In this document: piece by piece, positions 63,511-64,000 of the stretch | Position numbering within the stretch: the stretch's first letter is position 1 | Layout: every line of letters begins with the position of its first letter | NCBI RefSeq assembly: GCF_964194155.1 | Contig: NC_135902.1 | Coordinates: 27,590,001 to 27,654,000, forward strand | Reading direction: 5' to 3' | Source: Cetorhinus maximus | Lineage: Eukaryota | DNA: 64,000 nucleotides | Translations under genes and position numbers: made by a program | Notes under the pieces: model-generated | Told to the model about the DNA's origin: nothing | Seen by the model: the letters and a program-made list of their open reading frames with translations, nothing else | Database searches by the model: none

Positions 63511-64000
63511 ACAAAAACAAAAATAGCTGGAAAAACTCAGCAGGTCTGACAGCATCTGTGGAGAGGAAGACAGTTAACATTTCGAGTCCATATGACTCTT
63601 CATCAGAACTAAAAAAAATAGAAATGAAGTGAAATATAAGTTGTTTGAGCGGGGTGGGACAGGTAGAGCTGGATAGGAGGCTAGTGATAGGTGGAGGCAA
63701 AGAGGAGATTGCCAAACATGTCACAGACAAAAGGACAAAGGGGTGTTGACGGTGGTGATATTAGCTAAAGGATGTGCTAATGGTGACATTAAGGGTAGAA
63801 AGCAGGACGAGTAAGTGGCAGATGGCCCTTGTGGGGGGAAGAGATCGAAATAGGCTAAAGGTGGAGATAAAACAATGGATGGAAATAAATTTTAAAATAA
63901 TAATAGAAATAGGTGGGAAAAGAAAAATGTATTTTTAAAAATATATAAATTATTAGAAAAAGGGGGGATCGGAAAGGGGGTGGGGATGGAGGAGAGAGTT
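63511..64000 (-). mobile_element. Penelope-like element terminal region, running off the window
   Basis: The minus strand ends ...ccacagatgctgtcagacctgctgagtttttccagctatttttgtttttgt and carries a hammerhead core. The Penelope assignment is by recall and by the ribozyme motif; no RT or GIY-YIG sequence is inside the window. Confidence 0.7.
63572..63610 (-). ncRNA. Minimal type-I hammerhead ribozyme motif
   Basis: Minus strand AGUU-CUGAUGA-A-GAGUC-AUAUG-GACUC-GAAA-UGUU-AACU: catalytic boxes, 5-bp stem II, AGUU/AACU stem I. Confidence 0.75.

Overview
Eukaryotic, repeat-dense, apparently intronic or intergenic DNA. The repeat families (CR1 and L2 LINEs, Deu-domain SINEs, Penelope-type tails, many PIF/Harbinger derivatives) suggest a cartilaginous fish such as a shark; this is inference from repeat types only. 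I recognise no intact host protein-coding gene. Contents: (1) more than ten PIF/Harbinger elements with GGGC(A/T)GAATTTT-like TIRs, several with 3-bp TSDs, including one nearly intact HARBI1-like DDE transposase pseudogene, several elements carrying only the Myb/SANT partner gene, and a MITE family with three conserved internal hairpins; (2) a degenerate Gypsy LTR retrotransposon at 45741-52241 containing an ORF2-only LINE with a tRNA-Ser-like Pol III head and a short Penelope-type fragment; (3) minimal hammerhead-ribozyme motifs in the Penelope-type termini; (4) CR1, L2 and L1/Tx1 fragments, solo LTRs, and micro- and minisatellites. The best candidates for undescribed biology are the tRNA-headed LINE, the hammerhead-defined insertion and fold-back junctions, and the split (transposase-only versus Myb-only) Harbinger system with hairpin MITEs. 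All alignments were done by eye and boundaries without a TSD are approximate.
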